A stretch of DNA of 64,000 nucleotides, taken from an uncultured Gemmatimonadota bacterium (GTDB lineage Bacteria > Gemmatimonadota > Gemmatimonadetes > Palauibacterales > Palauibacteraceae). The DNA lies in assembly GCA_964509895.1 (NCBI GenBank), contig CAZDZJ010000006.1, positions 2,523-66,522 of the forward strand. The letters run 5' to 3'. Each line of letters begins with the position of its first letter. Within the stretch, counting starts at the first letter, position 1. Both the position numbers and the translations under genes were made by a program. Shown piece by piece: positions 18,607 to 27,449 of the stretch. The notes below the pieces were generated by a model, which did not search any database, was not told the origin of the DNA, and was given only the letters and a program-made list of their open reading frames with translations.

Positions 18607-18883
18607 GGTTCCACGCGTTCAGTCCCGCCGGATAGATCGCGGGCGCCGGCCCCATCGGATCGAACGCGAAGTCGGCGATCGCCCCGGGGGTCGAGCGCAG
18701 AAAGCGCCGGGCGGACGCCATGATACGGCGCTGATCGGCAGGCGCATCTTCATCGTCGTCGGGGAGCACGGAGAGGTCGACCCCGAGCAGCACGAGCCGC
18801 GTGCGGATATACGCGTCGAGTGCTTCGTCCGTCAGCTCCTGTACGGTCGCGGCGGTATGGGGTGGAGCCTGTCGGCGGGCCAT
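18599..18883 (-). CDS. Hypothetical small protein (94 aa) translationally coupled to the Tat amidase
   Basis: Internal ATG at 18883 is preceded by GGAGG 5 nt upstream on the minus strand. The stop lies 8 nt inside the amidase start. No recognisable domain. Confidence 0.5.
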   Translation of the reverse strand: MARRQAPPHTAATVQELTDEALDAYIRTRLVLLGVDLSVLPDDDEDAPADQRRIMASARRFLRSTPGAIADFAFDPMGPAPAIYPAGLNAWNRG

Positions 18884-19216
18884 GGCGCCTCCGTGGGGCA
18901 GCGGGTTCGGGAGCATCATGACCGAGGCGACGCGTCGGCGCCAGCCGTCCGCAGGGGCGCGGATGCCCGCGGACGACCTCCGCATCCGGGGACGGGCGCG
19001 GGGTTTGCAGCGGACCGCAGGCCGCGCTAACGTTCAGACAGACGGATGCGAGGCCATATTTCTTGAGCCAACAATTGCCCGTAGAGTCTCCGATCCGGAG
19101 GCGGACGTCATGCCCTGCGGGGACGGCGAAAACCGATGGTAGGGGCCGAACCGTGTTGCGGAGGGCTTCAAGAAATCCCCTTGCATTCGGATGGCGGTCC
19201 CAGGACTGCCAACAGA

Positions 19217-19244
19217 GGGGGTGACCCGCGGGTCGCCCCTTTTG
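19217..19244 (+). terminator. Intrinsic-terminator-like hairpin in the folE 5' leader
   Basis: GGGGGTGACC (19217-19226) pairs with GGTCGCCCC(T) (19231-19240) around a CGCG tetraloop, followed by TTTT (19240-19243). There is no upstream plus-strand gene. A second hairpin ATCCGGG/CCCGGAT lies at 19246-19265. Confidence 0.45.
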
Positions 19245-19299
19245 CATCCGGGTTGCGGCCCGGATTCGCTACCCCGCCTCGGGAGCATTGGAGGGAGTC

Positions 19300-19914
19300 T
19301 TGAGCGAAGAAATCGTGGCGCGTCGCCGGCTGGACCCGAGGGCCCGCCTCACGGTCGAGCCCATGGAACGCCTGGTGCGCGAACAGCTCGAACTGCTCGG
19401 GGAGGATGCCGGTCGCGAGGGGCTCGAGCGGACGCCGGCGCGCGTGGCCGCCGCCCTGCAGTTCCTGACGCGCGGCTACGACCAGACCGTGGAGGAGGTC
19501 ATCGGGACGGCGATCTTCGAGGAACGCCACGATTCCATGGTCATGGTCAAGGACATCGAGGTCTACTCCCTGTGCGAGCACCACATGCTCCCCTTCTTCG
19601 GCAAGGCGCACATCGCGTATGTCCCGGACGGGCGCATCGTCGGGATCTCCAAGTTTCCCCGCATTGTCGACGTGTTCGCCCGCCGGCTGCAGCTACAGGA
19701 GCGCCTCACCGAGGAAATCGCGCAGGCGATCGAGGACGTGCTCAAGCCGCAGGGCGTCGGCGTCGTCGTGGAAGCCATGCACCTGTGCATGATGATGCGG
19801 GGGGTCGAGAAGCAGAACTCGAAGACGATCACAAGCGCGGTGCGAGGTCTGTTCCGGCGGGATCACAGGACGCGCGAGGAATTCCTCCGCCTGGCCCACT
19901 CACGCGACGCCTGA
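19300..19914 (+). CDS. folE: GTP cyclohydrolase I
   Basis: [56 protein letters not shown] and HLCMMMRGV are diagnostic FolE blocks. TTG at 19300 lies 5 nt after GGAGG (19290-19294). The ORF-track start at 19288 is also possible. Confidence 0.92.
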   Translation: MSEEIVARRRLDPRARLTVEPMERLVREQLELLGEDAGREGLERTPARVAAALQFLTRGYDQTVEEVIGTAIFEERHDSMVMVKDIEVYSLCEHHMLPFFGKAHIAYVPDGRIVGISKFPRIVDVFARRLQLQERLTEEIAQAIEDVLKPQGVGVVVEAMHLCMMMRGVEKQNSKTITSAVRGLFRRDHRTREEFLRLAHSRDA

Positions 19915-19967
19915 CCCGAAGACCGTTCAGGGGGCGGCACGGGCGGGAGACGGAACGGGGCCGAGAG

Positions 19968-20678
19968 ATGCTCATCGAACTGGCGGAAGTCCTGGACTGC
20001 CCCGACTGCCGGGCGTCGGTCGGCCTCGTCGCATTCGCAGACCGGATGGCGTCGCGCCGCATCGTCGAGGGACGGTTGGGCTGCCCCCTGTGCGAGATCG
20101 AGGTGCCGATCCGTCAGGGGACGATGCGCTTCGATCGCTCCAATGCCGTGCGGCGAGCCACCTCGGATCCTGAGGCGGCCGGCCGGCTCCCGGCCGAATC
20201 CGTTGCCGTCGCGCCTCCCACTGGGTCGGCCGGGGAGGCAGCCGAGGAAGCCGCCCTGCGTCTCGCCGCCCTGTTGGGCGTGCACGACCGGGCCGGCATG
20301 GTCGTGCTCCTTGGACCACGGCTGGCCCTGCACGGGTCGGCGGTCGCGCGCATCGGAGGCCGACTCGAGGTGCTCGCCTGGTTGCCGGATCCCGCCGACG
20401 CGCCGGCGTCGGCCGCTCCGGGCATCGAGGACCTCGCCGCCGGGGTCAACCCGGTCCTCGGCGCCGCGCCGGACCGGTGGCCCGTGCGCACGGGCGCCCT
20501 GCACGGCATCGCGCTGACCGCTCCCATGGCATTTCCAATGGGCGAGATCGCGCGGTGCGCCCGCCCGGGCGCGCGTCTCGTTGTGGAGGCTCCGACCCGG
20601 GCTGATCTCGACCTGCTCGGCGCCTCCCAGTTCGCGGAGGTTGCCTCCGACCCGGCTGTCTGGGTGGGCCAAGCGTGA
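19968..20678 (+). CDS. Trm112-like zinc-ribbon protein fused to a degenerate methyltransferase-like domain (hypothetical)
   Basis: Internal ATG at 19968 of ORF 19191..20678. LDCPDCR...GRLGCPLCEIEVPIRQGTMRF is a Trm112p-type CxxC...CxxC ribbon. The C-terminal ~170 aa shows only faint Rossmann-MTase-like spacing (VVLLGP..., ARPGARLVV). Confidence 0.55.
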   Translation: MLIELAEVLDCPDCRASVGLVAFADRMASRRIVEGRLGCPLCEIEVPIRQGTMRFDRSNAVRRATSDPEAAGRLPAESVAVAPPTGSAGEAAEEAALRLAALLGVHDRAGMVVLLGPRLALHGSAVARIGGRLEVLAWLPDPADAPASAAPGIEDLAAGVNPVLGAAPDRWPVRTGALHGIALTAPMAFPMGEIARCARPGARLVVEAPTRADLDLLGASQFAEVASDPAVWVGQA

Positions 20679-20686
20679 TCTGAAAT

Positions 20687-20714
20687 TTGCCAGAACGTGA
20701 CAAAACGCTATAAT
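20687..20714 (+). promoter_or_regulatory. Sigma-70-like promoter (TTGCCA-16 nt-TATAAT)
   Basis: TTGCCA at 20687-20692 and a perfect TATAAT at 20709-20714 sit in a locally AT-richer intergenic stretch upstream of the TPR gene. Confidence 0.5.
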
Positions 20715-20775
20715 CCGCCCCGTGCCAGGTGTGTGAGTGAGAAGTACGATCCAGCTCGCTCGGGGGGAGGGTGGT

Positions 20776-21219
20776 ATGGTGTGGCGGAAGATCTGGGACG
20801 GTATCGGAAGGCGTCGGCAGGACCAGCCGGACTTCTATCTGGAAGGCGTGGAGTTGGTCGAGCAGGAACTCTACCATGACGCGCTTACCTCGTTTCGTCT
20901 CTCCTTGAAGTACAACCCGCGGCATCCGGCGACATTGGAGCAGATGGCCGTGGTCTATACGCACATTGGACTGACGGACGACGCGGTTCGCGCCTATACG
21001 GCGGCGCTCGAGGAGCGCCCGCGCAGCTCGGCCGCTCACTACGGTCTGGCGTTCCTTCTGCTGAGAAGGGGCGCGGAGCACGAAGCCACGCGTCACCTGC
21101 AGGAGTTTCTCAACAACGCGCGCGGCGACCGCGAGGAAGCCAGGCACCTCGAGCACGCCCGCCGGACTCTGCGGCGGCTCGGTGCGCCGGTGCCGGAACC
21201 GGCCGTGCAGGCCCACTAG
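20776..21219 (+). CDS. Tetratricopeptide (TPR) repeat protein
   Basis: ATG at 20776 lies 5 nt after GGAGG (20766-20770). Three TPR-like units are visible (YHDALTSFRLSLKYNPRHP, LTDDAVRAYTAALEERPRSS, AHYGLAFLLLRRG...). Confidence 0.7.
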   Translation: MVWRKIWDGIGRRRQDQPDFYLEGVELVEQELYHDALTSFRLSLKYNPRHPATLEQMAVVYTHIGLTDDAVRAYTAALEERPRSSAAHYGLAFLLLRRGAEHEATRHLQEFLNNARGDREEARHLEHARRTLRRLGAPVPEPAVQAH

Positions 21220-21237
21220 GGGACGCCAACCCTGGCC

Positions 21238-23109
21238 GTGCAGGTTTCGAGTCCGCTTCCGGAAGACTATCGGTCCGGCACCTTACCCGAACTCTTCCTC
21301 GACGGGCTCTCCCGGCCTCGGGATGACGCGGCGCGAACCCGGGGGGTCGACGGGGTCTGGGGCTCGACCTCCACCGACGAAATCGGCCGTCGCGCCCGCG
21401 CGATCGCGCTGGGGCTCCGCACGAAGGGGTTCGTAGCGGGCGACCGCGTCGCGATCCTCTCGCAGACCCGCCTCGAGTGGGCCCTGTCGGACTGGGGCAT
21501 CGTCATGGCGGGGCTCACCTCCGTCCCCGTGTACCCCGTGCTCCCCGCCGACCAGATCCGCTACATCCTCGCGGACTCGGGCGCGCGAGCGGTGTTCGTG
21601 GAGGACCAGGAGCAACTGGACAAGGTCGCCGAGGTGGAGGGCGATCTGCCGGCTCTGGAACTGGCCATCGCCTTCGGGGCCGTGACGGCGCCCGAGGGGT
21701 CCTCGCTCGTCACGCTACAGCTTGGCGCCCTCTCCGATCTCGGCGAGGCGGCGCCCGAGGAACTGGCCTCGACGTACGAATCCCACGCCCGAAAGACGCG
21801 GCCAACGGACCTGGCGACGCTGATCTATACGTCCGGGACGACCGGCGACCCGAAGGGCGTGATGCTCACCCACGGCAACTTCCACTCGAACGCGGACCTG
21901 GCGCTGCGGGTGTTCCCCATCGACTCCACCCATGTGGCGCTCGCGCTCCTGCCCCTCGCGCACGTGTTCGAGCGCACGGTCGGGCACTACATCATGTGGC
22001 GCGCCGGTGTGACCGTCGCCTACGCGGAATCCCCGAACACGGTGGCCCGCGACCTGGGCGAGGTGTCGCCCACCTTCATGGCCGCCGTCCCGCGCGTCTT
22101 CGAGAAGGTGCTCGAGCGGGCCGAGGCCAGCGCCCGGGAGGCGGGTGGCGCGAAGGAGAAGATCTTCCGCTGGGCGCGCCGCGTCGGGGAAGCGCGCGCG
22201 ACGGCCGAACTCGAGGGACGCCCGGTTGCCCCGGGTCTCCGTCTGCAGGCCGCGCTCGCCGACCGGCTCGTGTTCTCCAAGCTCCGCGCCCGAACAGGAG
22301 GGCGGATCCAGTACTTCGTGAGCGGAGGCGCCGCGCTCCCGGCCGCCGTGGCTCGCTTCTTCTTCGCGGCCCGCCTGCCGATCGTCGAAGGATACGGCCT
22401 CACGGAAACCTCGCCGGCAGTCAGCTTCAACCCACTCGACGCCATCCGTCTCGGCACGGTCGGGAAACCGATCCCCGGCACGGAGATCCGGATCGCCGAA
22501 GATGGGGAGATCCTCGTCCGCGGGCCGCAGATCATGGCGGGCTACTACAACAAGCCCGAGGCGACGGCCGACGCGATCGACGGGGACGGCTGGTTCCACA
22601 CCGGGGACGTGGGCGAGATCGACGAGGACGGCTACCTCCGGATCACCGACCGCAAGAAGGATCTCATCATCACCGCCTACGGGAAGAACATCGCCCCCCA
22701 GCCCATAGAGGCCGAGATCAAGCAGCACCCGCTGGTGGCGGAGGCCGTGATGCTGGGCGACGGGCAGAAGTTCCCGATCGTCATCGTCGTCCCCGAATTC
22801 GAGGCCGTCCGTCCGGAGCTGCACGGGGTCGAGGAAGCGGCGGACGCCGACCTCGTGACGGATTCCAGAACCCGCGGCATGATCGAGCGGGCGGTGCGCG
22901 AACGCGTCCGCGACTTCGCGCACCATGAGCGGCCCCGGGATGTCCTGCTCGTCCCCGGGCCGTTCACCGTCGAGGGCGGGGAACTGACGCCGACGCTCAA
23001 GGTCAAGCGCCGCGTCATCCAGACCCGCTTCGCCGACGCGATCGAAGCACTCTACGCGCGGGCCGAGGATGCCATGAGCGGTCGGGAAAAAGAGCAGGAC
23101 CGCCCGTGA
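21238..23109 (+). CDS. Long-chain-fatty-acid--CoA ligase (AMP-forming)
   Basis: LIYTSGTTGDPKGVMLTHGNF, GYGLTETSP, TGD.GE.D.DGYL.ITDRKKDLI and TPTLKVKRR are typical of FadD/ACSL-type ligases. Confidence 0.9.
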   Translation: MQVSSPLPEDYRSGTLPELFLDGLSRPRDDAARTRGVDGVWGSTSTDEIGRRARAIALGLRTKGFVAGDRVAILSQTRLEWALSDWGIVMAGLTSVPVYPVLPADQIRYILADSGARAVFVEDQEQLDKVAEVEGDLPALELAIAFGAVTAPEGSSLVTLQLGALSDLGEAAPEELASTYESHARKTRPTDLATLIYTSGTTGDPKGVMLTHGNFHSNADLALRVFPIDSTHVALALLPLAHVFERTVGHYIMWRAGVTVAYAESPNTVARDLGEVSPTFMAAVPRVFEKVLERAEASAREAGGAKEKIFRWARRVGEARATAELEGRPVAPGLRLQAALADRLVFSKLRARTGGRIQYFVSGGAALPAAVARFFFAARLPIVEGYGLTETSPAVSFNPLDAIRLGTVGKPIPGTEIRIAEDGEILVRGPQIMAGYYNKPEATADAIDGDGWFHTGDVGEIDEDGYLRITDRKKDLIITAYGKNIAPQPIEAEIKQHPLVAEAVMLGDGQKFPIVIVVPEFEAVRPELHGVEEAADADLVTDSRTRGMIERAVRERVRDFAHHERPRDVLLVPGPFTVEGGELTPTLKVKRRVIQTRFADAIEALYARAEDAMSGREKEQDRP

Positions 23110-23426
23110 GCGACGTCGTGGTCGGGCTCGTCACCGGGCCCGGCCGCGAACCACTCCTGCGGCTGGGGCGAACGCTGGTGGAAGAACGCCTCATCGCCTG
23201 CCTGAACGTCGTCGACCGCGTGACCTCCATCTATCGGTGGGAGGGCGAGGTGTGCGAGGAGCTGGAGGCCCTCGGCATCCTCAAGACGACGGCCGCCCGC
23301 AGCGAGGCGGTTGAACGCCGGATCCGCGAACTCCACCCCTACGATGTGCCCGAGGTCCTCTTCCTGACCTTGTCTTCCGGGTCGGCGCCCTACCTGGACT
23401 GGGTCGCAGCGGAAGTTGGCCGGTAG
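23106..23426 (+). CDS. cutA: Divalent-cation tolerance protein CutA
   Basis: GTG at 23106 overlaps the preceding stop (GTGA). LIACLNV....SIYRWEGEV...E..L.LKT and HPYDVPE are CutA1 hallmarks. Confidence 0.88.
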   Translation: MSDVVVGLVTGPGREPLLRLGRTLVEERLIACLNVVDRVTSIYRWEGEVCEELEALGILKTTAARSEAVERRIRELHPYDVPEVLFLTLSSGSAPYLDWVAAEVGR

Positions 23427-23428
23427 CG

Positions 23429-24226
23429 TCAGGTCGCGGGTCGGCCGGCCGCGTCGTTCTCCGAGCGGTACCAGAGCCAGAAGACGATCCCCGCCGCCGT
23501 CCACAGGATCGTCCCGCCGCCGATCCGCATGATCAGCCCCGCGAGCCGCTGGTCTTCACCGGCGGAGAGCGCGCCCACGGGGGGCGCGAGTTCGTACGTC
23601 GCGTAGAAGGGGAGTTCCGCGAAGGTGAGGAAGACGTACGGCAGCGTCATCAGAACCGTGCTCGCGATCAGGTAGCAGATCCGCACGCCGAACGGAAAGC
23701 GGGGACGGTGCGGGACCGGGCTCACGACGGGCCACCAGAAGGCGAGTCCGCCGCCCAGCCAGGCCATGTCGAGCGTGAGCGAGCCCGCCTGCGAGGCCAT
23801 GAGGCCGTCCACGACCTCGGGCCAGTGCGTCGCGATCACGATCGCATGAAAGACGAGGAGCGCGATGAGCGGCCGCGTGAGGAATCCGAGGACGGCGGCG
23901 GGCCTGCCGCCGCGCCGGCGCTCCAGCGCAGCGCGCGGAATTCCGGCGATGAGAAGGGGTGGGGCGAGGAGCGCAATGAGGAGGAACTGCACCATGTGCA
24001 CCGAAGACAGGTATCCCGAGCCGAGCGCGCCGACCGGCCAGTCCAGCGCGACCCAGAGCACCAGGACGCCTCCGGCGAAGCGGACGATCTCGATGCGCGA
24101 AGGGGCGACGCCCCGCGTGAAGGCGCGGTAGGCGAGGCACACCAGCGCGACGAAGAGCCACACCCCCGGGTAGGGACGCCAGGACCAGTCCCACGGGATG
24201 CCCTGGGCCGCACACCACCACTGCAT
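23429..24226 (-). CDS. ctaG: Cytochrome c oxidase assembly factor CtaG (caa3 type, membrane)
   Basis: Polytopic membrane protein of 265 aa with the W-rich start W.W.W.P typical of Caa3_CtaG. It lies directly downstream of the Sco1 gene. Confidence 0.8.
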   Translation of the reverse strand: MQWWCAAQGIPWDWSWRPYPGVWLFVALVCLAYRAFTRGVAPSRIEIVRFAGGVLVLWVALDWPVGALGSGYLSSVHMVQFLLIALLAPPLLIAGIPRAALERRRGGRPAAVLGFLTRPLIALLVFHAIVIATHWPEVVDGLMASQAGSLTLDMAWLGGGLAFWWPVVSPVPHRPRFPFGVRICYLIASTVLMTLPYVFLTFAELPFYATYELAPPVGALSAGEDQRLAGLIMRIGGGTILWTAAGIVFWLWYRSENDAAGRPAT

Positions 24227-24235
24227 CGCGCGCCC

Positions 24236-24928
24236 TCAGCCGCCGCTCTCGGGCACCCCGTCCACAGGGCCCGAAACCGACCGGTTCAGGCGCAGCAGCA
24301 TGGGGAGATCGTGACGCCAGTCGGTCTGGCGCACGCCGCTCGGGTAGAGCGCCCGGACCATGCCATCGCCGGTGATCGCCACGACCGGCGTCGCGTGTCC
24401 CACGAAGTACGGCTCCCCCGCGCCCGGCGGGGGCGAGGTCTCCTCGATGCGGGCCGGAGGCAGGCGAAAGCCCGCCTGGATCTCGTTCACCATCTCCAGG
24501 TCTCCGCTGAGGCCGACAAACGACGCATCGAAGCGGTCCAGCCAGCCCCGCAGCCGCTCGGGCGTGTCGCGCGCCGGATCCGTCGTCACGAAGACGACCT
24601 CGACCTCGCGCCGGTCCCCGTAGGAGAGATCGTCGAGCGCGGCTCCGAGCACCGCCATCTGCACGGGGCAGATGTCCGGACAGTACGTGTATCCGAAGAA
24701 AAGCAGCGTGAGCGCCCCCGCGGTCTCCGTCCGGAAGTCGTAGGGTCTCCCGCGCGAGTCCGTCAGCGAGAACTCCGGGATCTCGAAGGGCTGTTCGAGC
24801 GCGAGGCCGCGGAGTTGCCCCGTGCCCTCCGTGCGGTCGATCTCCGTGTCGGGCGAGGCGCAGCCTGAAGCGGCCAGCCCGAGGCCGCAGGCGATGGCGC
24901 CGGCCGCGAGGAGACGTGCCTGCCTCAT
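24236..24928 (-). CDS. SCO1/SenC copper chaperone lipoprotein
   Basis: Internal ATG at 24928 of ORF 24236..26620. Lipoprotein signal MRQARLLAAGAIACGLGLAASGC. Thioredoxin-fold Cu site LLFFGYTYCPDICP and the FV..DP.RDTPE.L block. Confidence 0.9.
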   Translation of the reverse strand: MRQARLLAAGAIACGLGLAASGCASPDTEIDRTEGTGQLRGLALEQPFEIPEFSLTDSRGRPYDFRTETAGALTLLFFGYTYCPDICPVQMAVLGAALDDLSYGDRREVEVVFVTTDPARDTPERLRGWLDRFDASFVGLSGDLEMVNEIQAGFRLPPARIEETSPPPGAGEPYFVGHATPVVAITGDGMVRALYPSGVRQTDWRHDLPMLLRLNRSVSGPVDGVPESGG

Positions 24929-26514
24929 CCCGGAAGACCCCGGAGGAACTCGAGTACGGGAAGGGAATCCAGGATCACCAGCCCGGTGCCGATGCCGGCG
25001 CCGAGCAGGTAGCCGAGCCGCACGATGAGGTCGAATTCGCGCTGGCTGATGTCGCGCACGAGGTGCTCGATTCGCTCGATGGAGAAATTCTCGATCTTCG
25101 TCGAGATACGGTCGGCGATCCGGATCCGCCCTGCCACCTCCGGTACCCGCTTCACGATCCAGTCCCACGCGGGCGTGGCCAGGGTGTCGGCCAGGCGGAC
25201 GGCGGCATCCTCCCCCAGAAAGCGTCCCAGATGGCCGATCGGCGTATTGAGGAGCCGGTCCGCCATCGGCTCGGCGATCGAGTCGAAGAGGACCCGTCCC
25301 GCGTCGGACCGGAAACCCGCCGCGAGCGAGGCCGCCACCCGGTCGGCCGGCACAGCGCGCAACACGTCCCTCCAGCTCCGCTCCCCGAAAAGCACGAGCA
25401 GGCCCTCGAGCCCGTCGAGCAGGAAGGTGCGGGAGCCCGGGTCCCGGGCCGCCTTCACGAGCCACGCCGCCATCGCATCGAGCGCGCTCTCCACCTGGGG
25501 ATCTCCCGCCCCGCCGATGACTTCCGAGGGGGGATGCCGGAGGAACTCGACGACGCCGTCGTTCACGCTGCGCGCGATCGCCGTCCGCACTTCCGGTTCG
25601 CGCAGCACGCCGCCGAGGCGGTCGGCACCCTCCTCCCGCAAGGCATCGAGTACATGCGTAACCGTCTCCTCCGTGACGATCAGGCGGGCCACGACTCGCT
25701 GGTGGAAGCGGAGGTCCTGCATGAATCGATCGAACAGTTCCCCGAGCACATGCTCGATCCGCGCTCTCGCGTCCGGGTCGTCGAGGAGTCGGCTCAGCCG
25801 CTCGATCGCGACAGGGAGGTAGTCCTTGATCGCGTGTTCCAGGGCGGCCACGAGCCCCGCCGGGATCAGCTGCTCGAACGTCCGGTGAGGCTTGAGCAGT
25901 TCCAGCGCGGCGTCGTCCAGGTAGCGGCGCACGGTCGCCTCGAAGGCGTCCGAGTCGACGAGCCGCGCGAGCCAGCCATCGATCGCGTCGCGGATGGCCT
26001 CGATCCGTTCGGGCTCCAGCGTCCGTGCAAGGGATTCGTCGCTCAGCGAGTCCCGCGTCGACTCGAGGAGGCGCTCCGCCTCGTCCCTGAAATCCGGCGA
26101 GTCGAGGGTGGCGGCGAGAAACTCCCGACCCTGCCCGAGCATCGCCACGAGGAGTTCGCGAAGCTCGACGAGCGCGGCCTCGGGCAGCAGATCCGCCAGC
26201 GCAGGTTGTTCGCCCTCGGTCAGTTCGACCGCGAGTTCCCTCAGCCGCTCCCTGAAGGCCGATTCGAGTTCGTGCAGTTCGGAGGCGATGTCCTCCGGCG
26301 TGAGGAGGGCGCCTCCCACGACGCCGCCAACCGAATCGGCGAGCCGCTTCTGATTCTTGGGTACGGCTCCCTGAAGCCACCGCACGGGCCGGCCGAGCAC
26401 CTTCGGTGGACGATAGGGATGGAAGATCATCCACACGGCGATCCGGTTCGTGATTCCACCCGCCAGGGCGCCGAAGGCCACCGTGACGAGGGCGCGCAGC
26501 CAGTCGAATTCCAT
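24925..26514 (-). CDS. DUF445 family membrane-associated protein
   Basis: N-terminus FGALAGGITNRIAVWMIFHPYRP is the characteristic DUF445 start. A long helical middle is followed by a C-terminal hydrophobic segment. The stop overlaps the Sco1 start (ATGA). Confidence 0.8.
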   Translation of the reverse strand: MEFDWLRALVTVAFGALAGGITNRIAVWMIFHPYRPPKVLGRPVRWLQGAVPKNQKRLADSVGGVVGGALLTPEDIASELHELESAFRERLRELAVELTEGEQPALADLLPEAALVELRELLVAMLGQGREFLAATLDSPDFRDEAERLLESTRDSLSDESLARTLEPERIEAIRDAIDGWLARLVDSDAFEATVRRYLDDAALELLKPHRTFEQLIPAGLVAALEHAIKDYLPVAIERLSRLLDDPDARARIEHVLGELFDRFMQDLRFHQRVVARLIVTEETVTHVLDALREEGADRLGGVLREPEVRTAIARSVNDGVVEFLRHPPSEVIGGAGDPQVESALDAMAAWLVKAARDPGSRTFLLDGLEGLLVLFGERSWRDVLRAVPADRVAASLAAGFRSDAGRVLFDSIAEPMADRLLNTPIGHLGRFLGEDAAVRLADTLATPAWDWIVKRVPEVAGRIRIADRISTKIENFSIERIEHLVRDISQREFDLIVRLGYLLGAGIGTGLVILDSLPVLEFLRGLPG

Positions 26515-27449
26515 CAGGGAGAGGGCAGCGTGGCGGAAAACCCGTTGAAGTGGAGTTGTTCCGTGCCGACGTATACGATGGCCTCCATGCGGACGAGGGC
26601 CCCGGTGACGGGATCCTCACGCATCAGCGGCCGGAAACTCCCGCGAACCGTGGTACCCGGGATCTCGAACCGCCAGGCCGGGCCGGAGGCCTGCCCGAAG
26701 GCGCGCCCGGGATCCGGCGGCTCGAGCGTCACGTCACCCCAGGCGGCGTCGATACCGTGCAGCCAGGTGTGCGCCGAGGCCGGCTGGCCGGCGGCGCCCG
26801 CGTGGACGACGAGGCCGTTCCCGAGCGAGTCCGCGAAGACGAACGTTCGTCCCTCCGCGGCGCCCAGGGGGATGCTCAGAGCCCGCGCGGCACGGCGAAA
26901 AAAGAGGATACCCGGCACCACGCCATCGCCCGTCGCCACTCCCGCGATCCCGAGCGATTCCCGCTGTCCCGTCGGCCCCGTCCAGACGGACACCTCCTCG
27001 CCCGCCACGAGGCGCACGGAGTCGGCATCCTCGCTCGCCGCGTCGCGGAACCGGAGGCTGATGATCTGGCCGGCGTCGCCGACCCGCACCCCCAACCCGG
27101 GTGCCGGCAGGAGGCGCCAGGCCGCCCGCGCCACCCCGACCGTGTCCCGTGCAAGGACGAGGGTCTGCCAGGCAGCGCCCTCCGCGAGAAGCACCTGGTA
27201 GTTCCGGCGCAGGTCGCCGCCCTCGGCCGTCTGATCGAACGAGCCGAGCAACGCCGTACCGTCGCCGGCCGCGAAGAGCAGGTGCGTCAGATAGCGGGCG
27301 TCAACCGCCGCCGCGAGCGGCCGGCCATCGGCTTCTCCGGGAGGCTCCGCCGTATCTCCGGGGGGAGGTCCCGAGCAGGAGGAAAGGCCGCAAAGAACAC
27401 ACAGGACCGGGGCTGCAAGCGCCGCCCTGGCCGCAAGGCCACGGATCAC
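26514..27449 (-). CDS. Hypothetical lipoprotein
   Basis: GTG at 27449 gives MIRGLAARAALAAPVLCVLCGLSSC (lipobox). No recognisable domain. It is coupled at both ends, by GTGA to DUF1499 and by a 1-nt TGATG overlap to DUF445. Confidence 0.6.
   Translation of the reverse strand: MIRGLAARAALAAPVLCVLCGLSSCSGPPPGDTAEPPGEADGRPLAAAVDARYLTHLLFAAGDGTALLGSFDQTAEGGDLRRNYQVLLAEGAAWQTLVLARDTVGVARAAWRLLPAPGLGVRVGDAGQIISLRFRDAASEDADSVRLVAGEEVSVWTGPTGQRESLGIAGVATGDGVVPGILFFRRAARALSIPLGAAEGRTFVFADSLGNGLVVHAGAAGQPASAHTWLHGIDAAWGDVTLEPPDPGRAFGQASGPAWRFEIPGTTVRGSFRPLMREDPVTGALVRMEAIVYVGTEQLHFNGFSATLPSP

Noticed and set aside
18750-19288. ORFs in the folE upstream intergenic region: 18750..19247 (-), 18801..19142 (+) and 19034..19288 (-).
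   Set aside because: They have no ribosome-binding sites or motifs, overlap one another, and show atypical composition. The region is better explained as a divergent promoter and leader.
24236-26620. A 794-aa ORF that looks like one large protein ending in the Sco1 domain.
   Set aside because: Only the last ~230 aa (from the ATG at 24928, with a lipoprotein signal) are Sco1-like. The upstream part is an off-frame read through the well-supported DUF445 gene (24925..26514).
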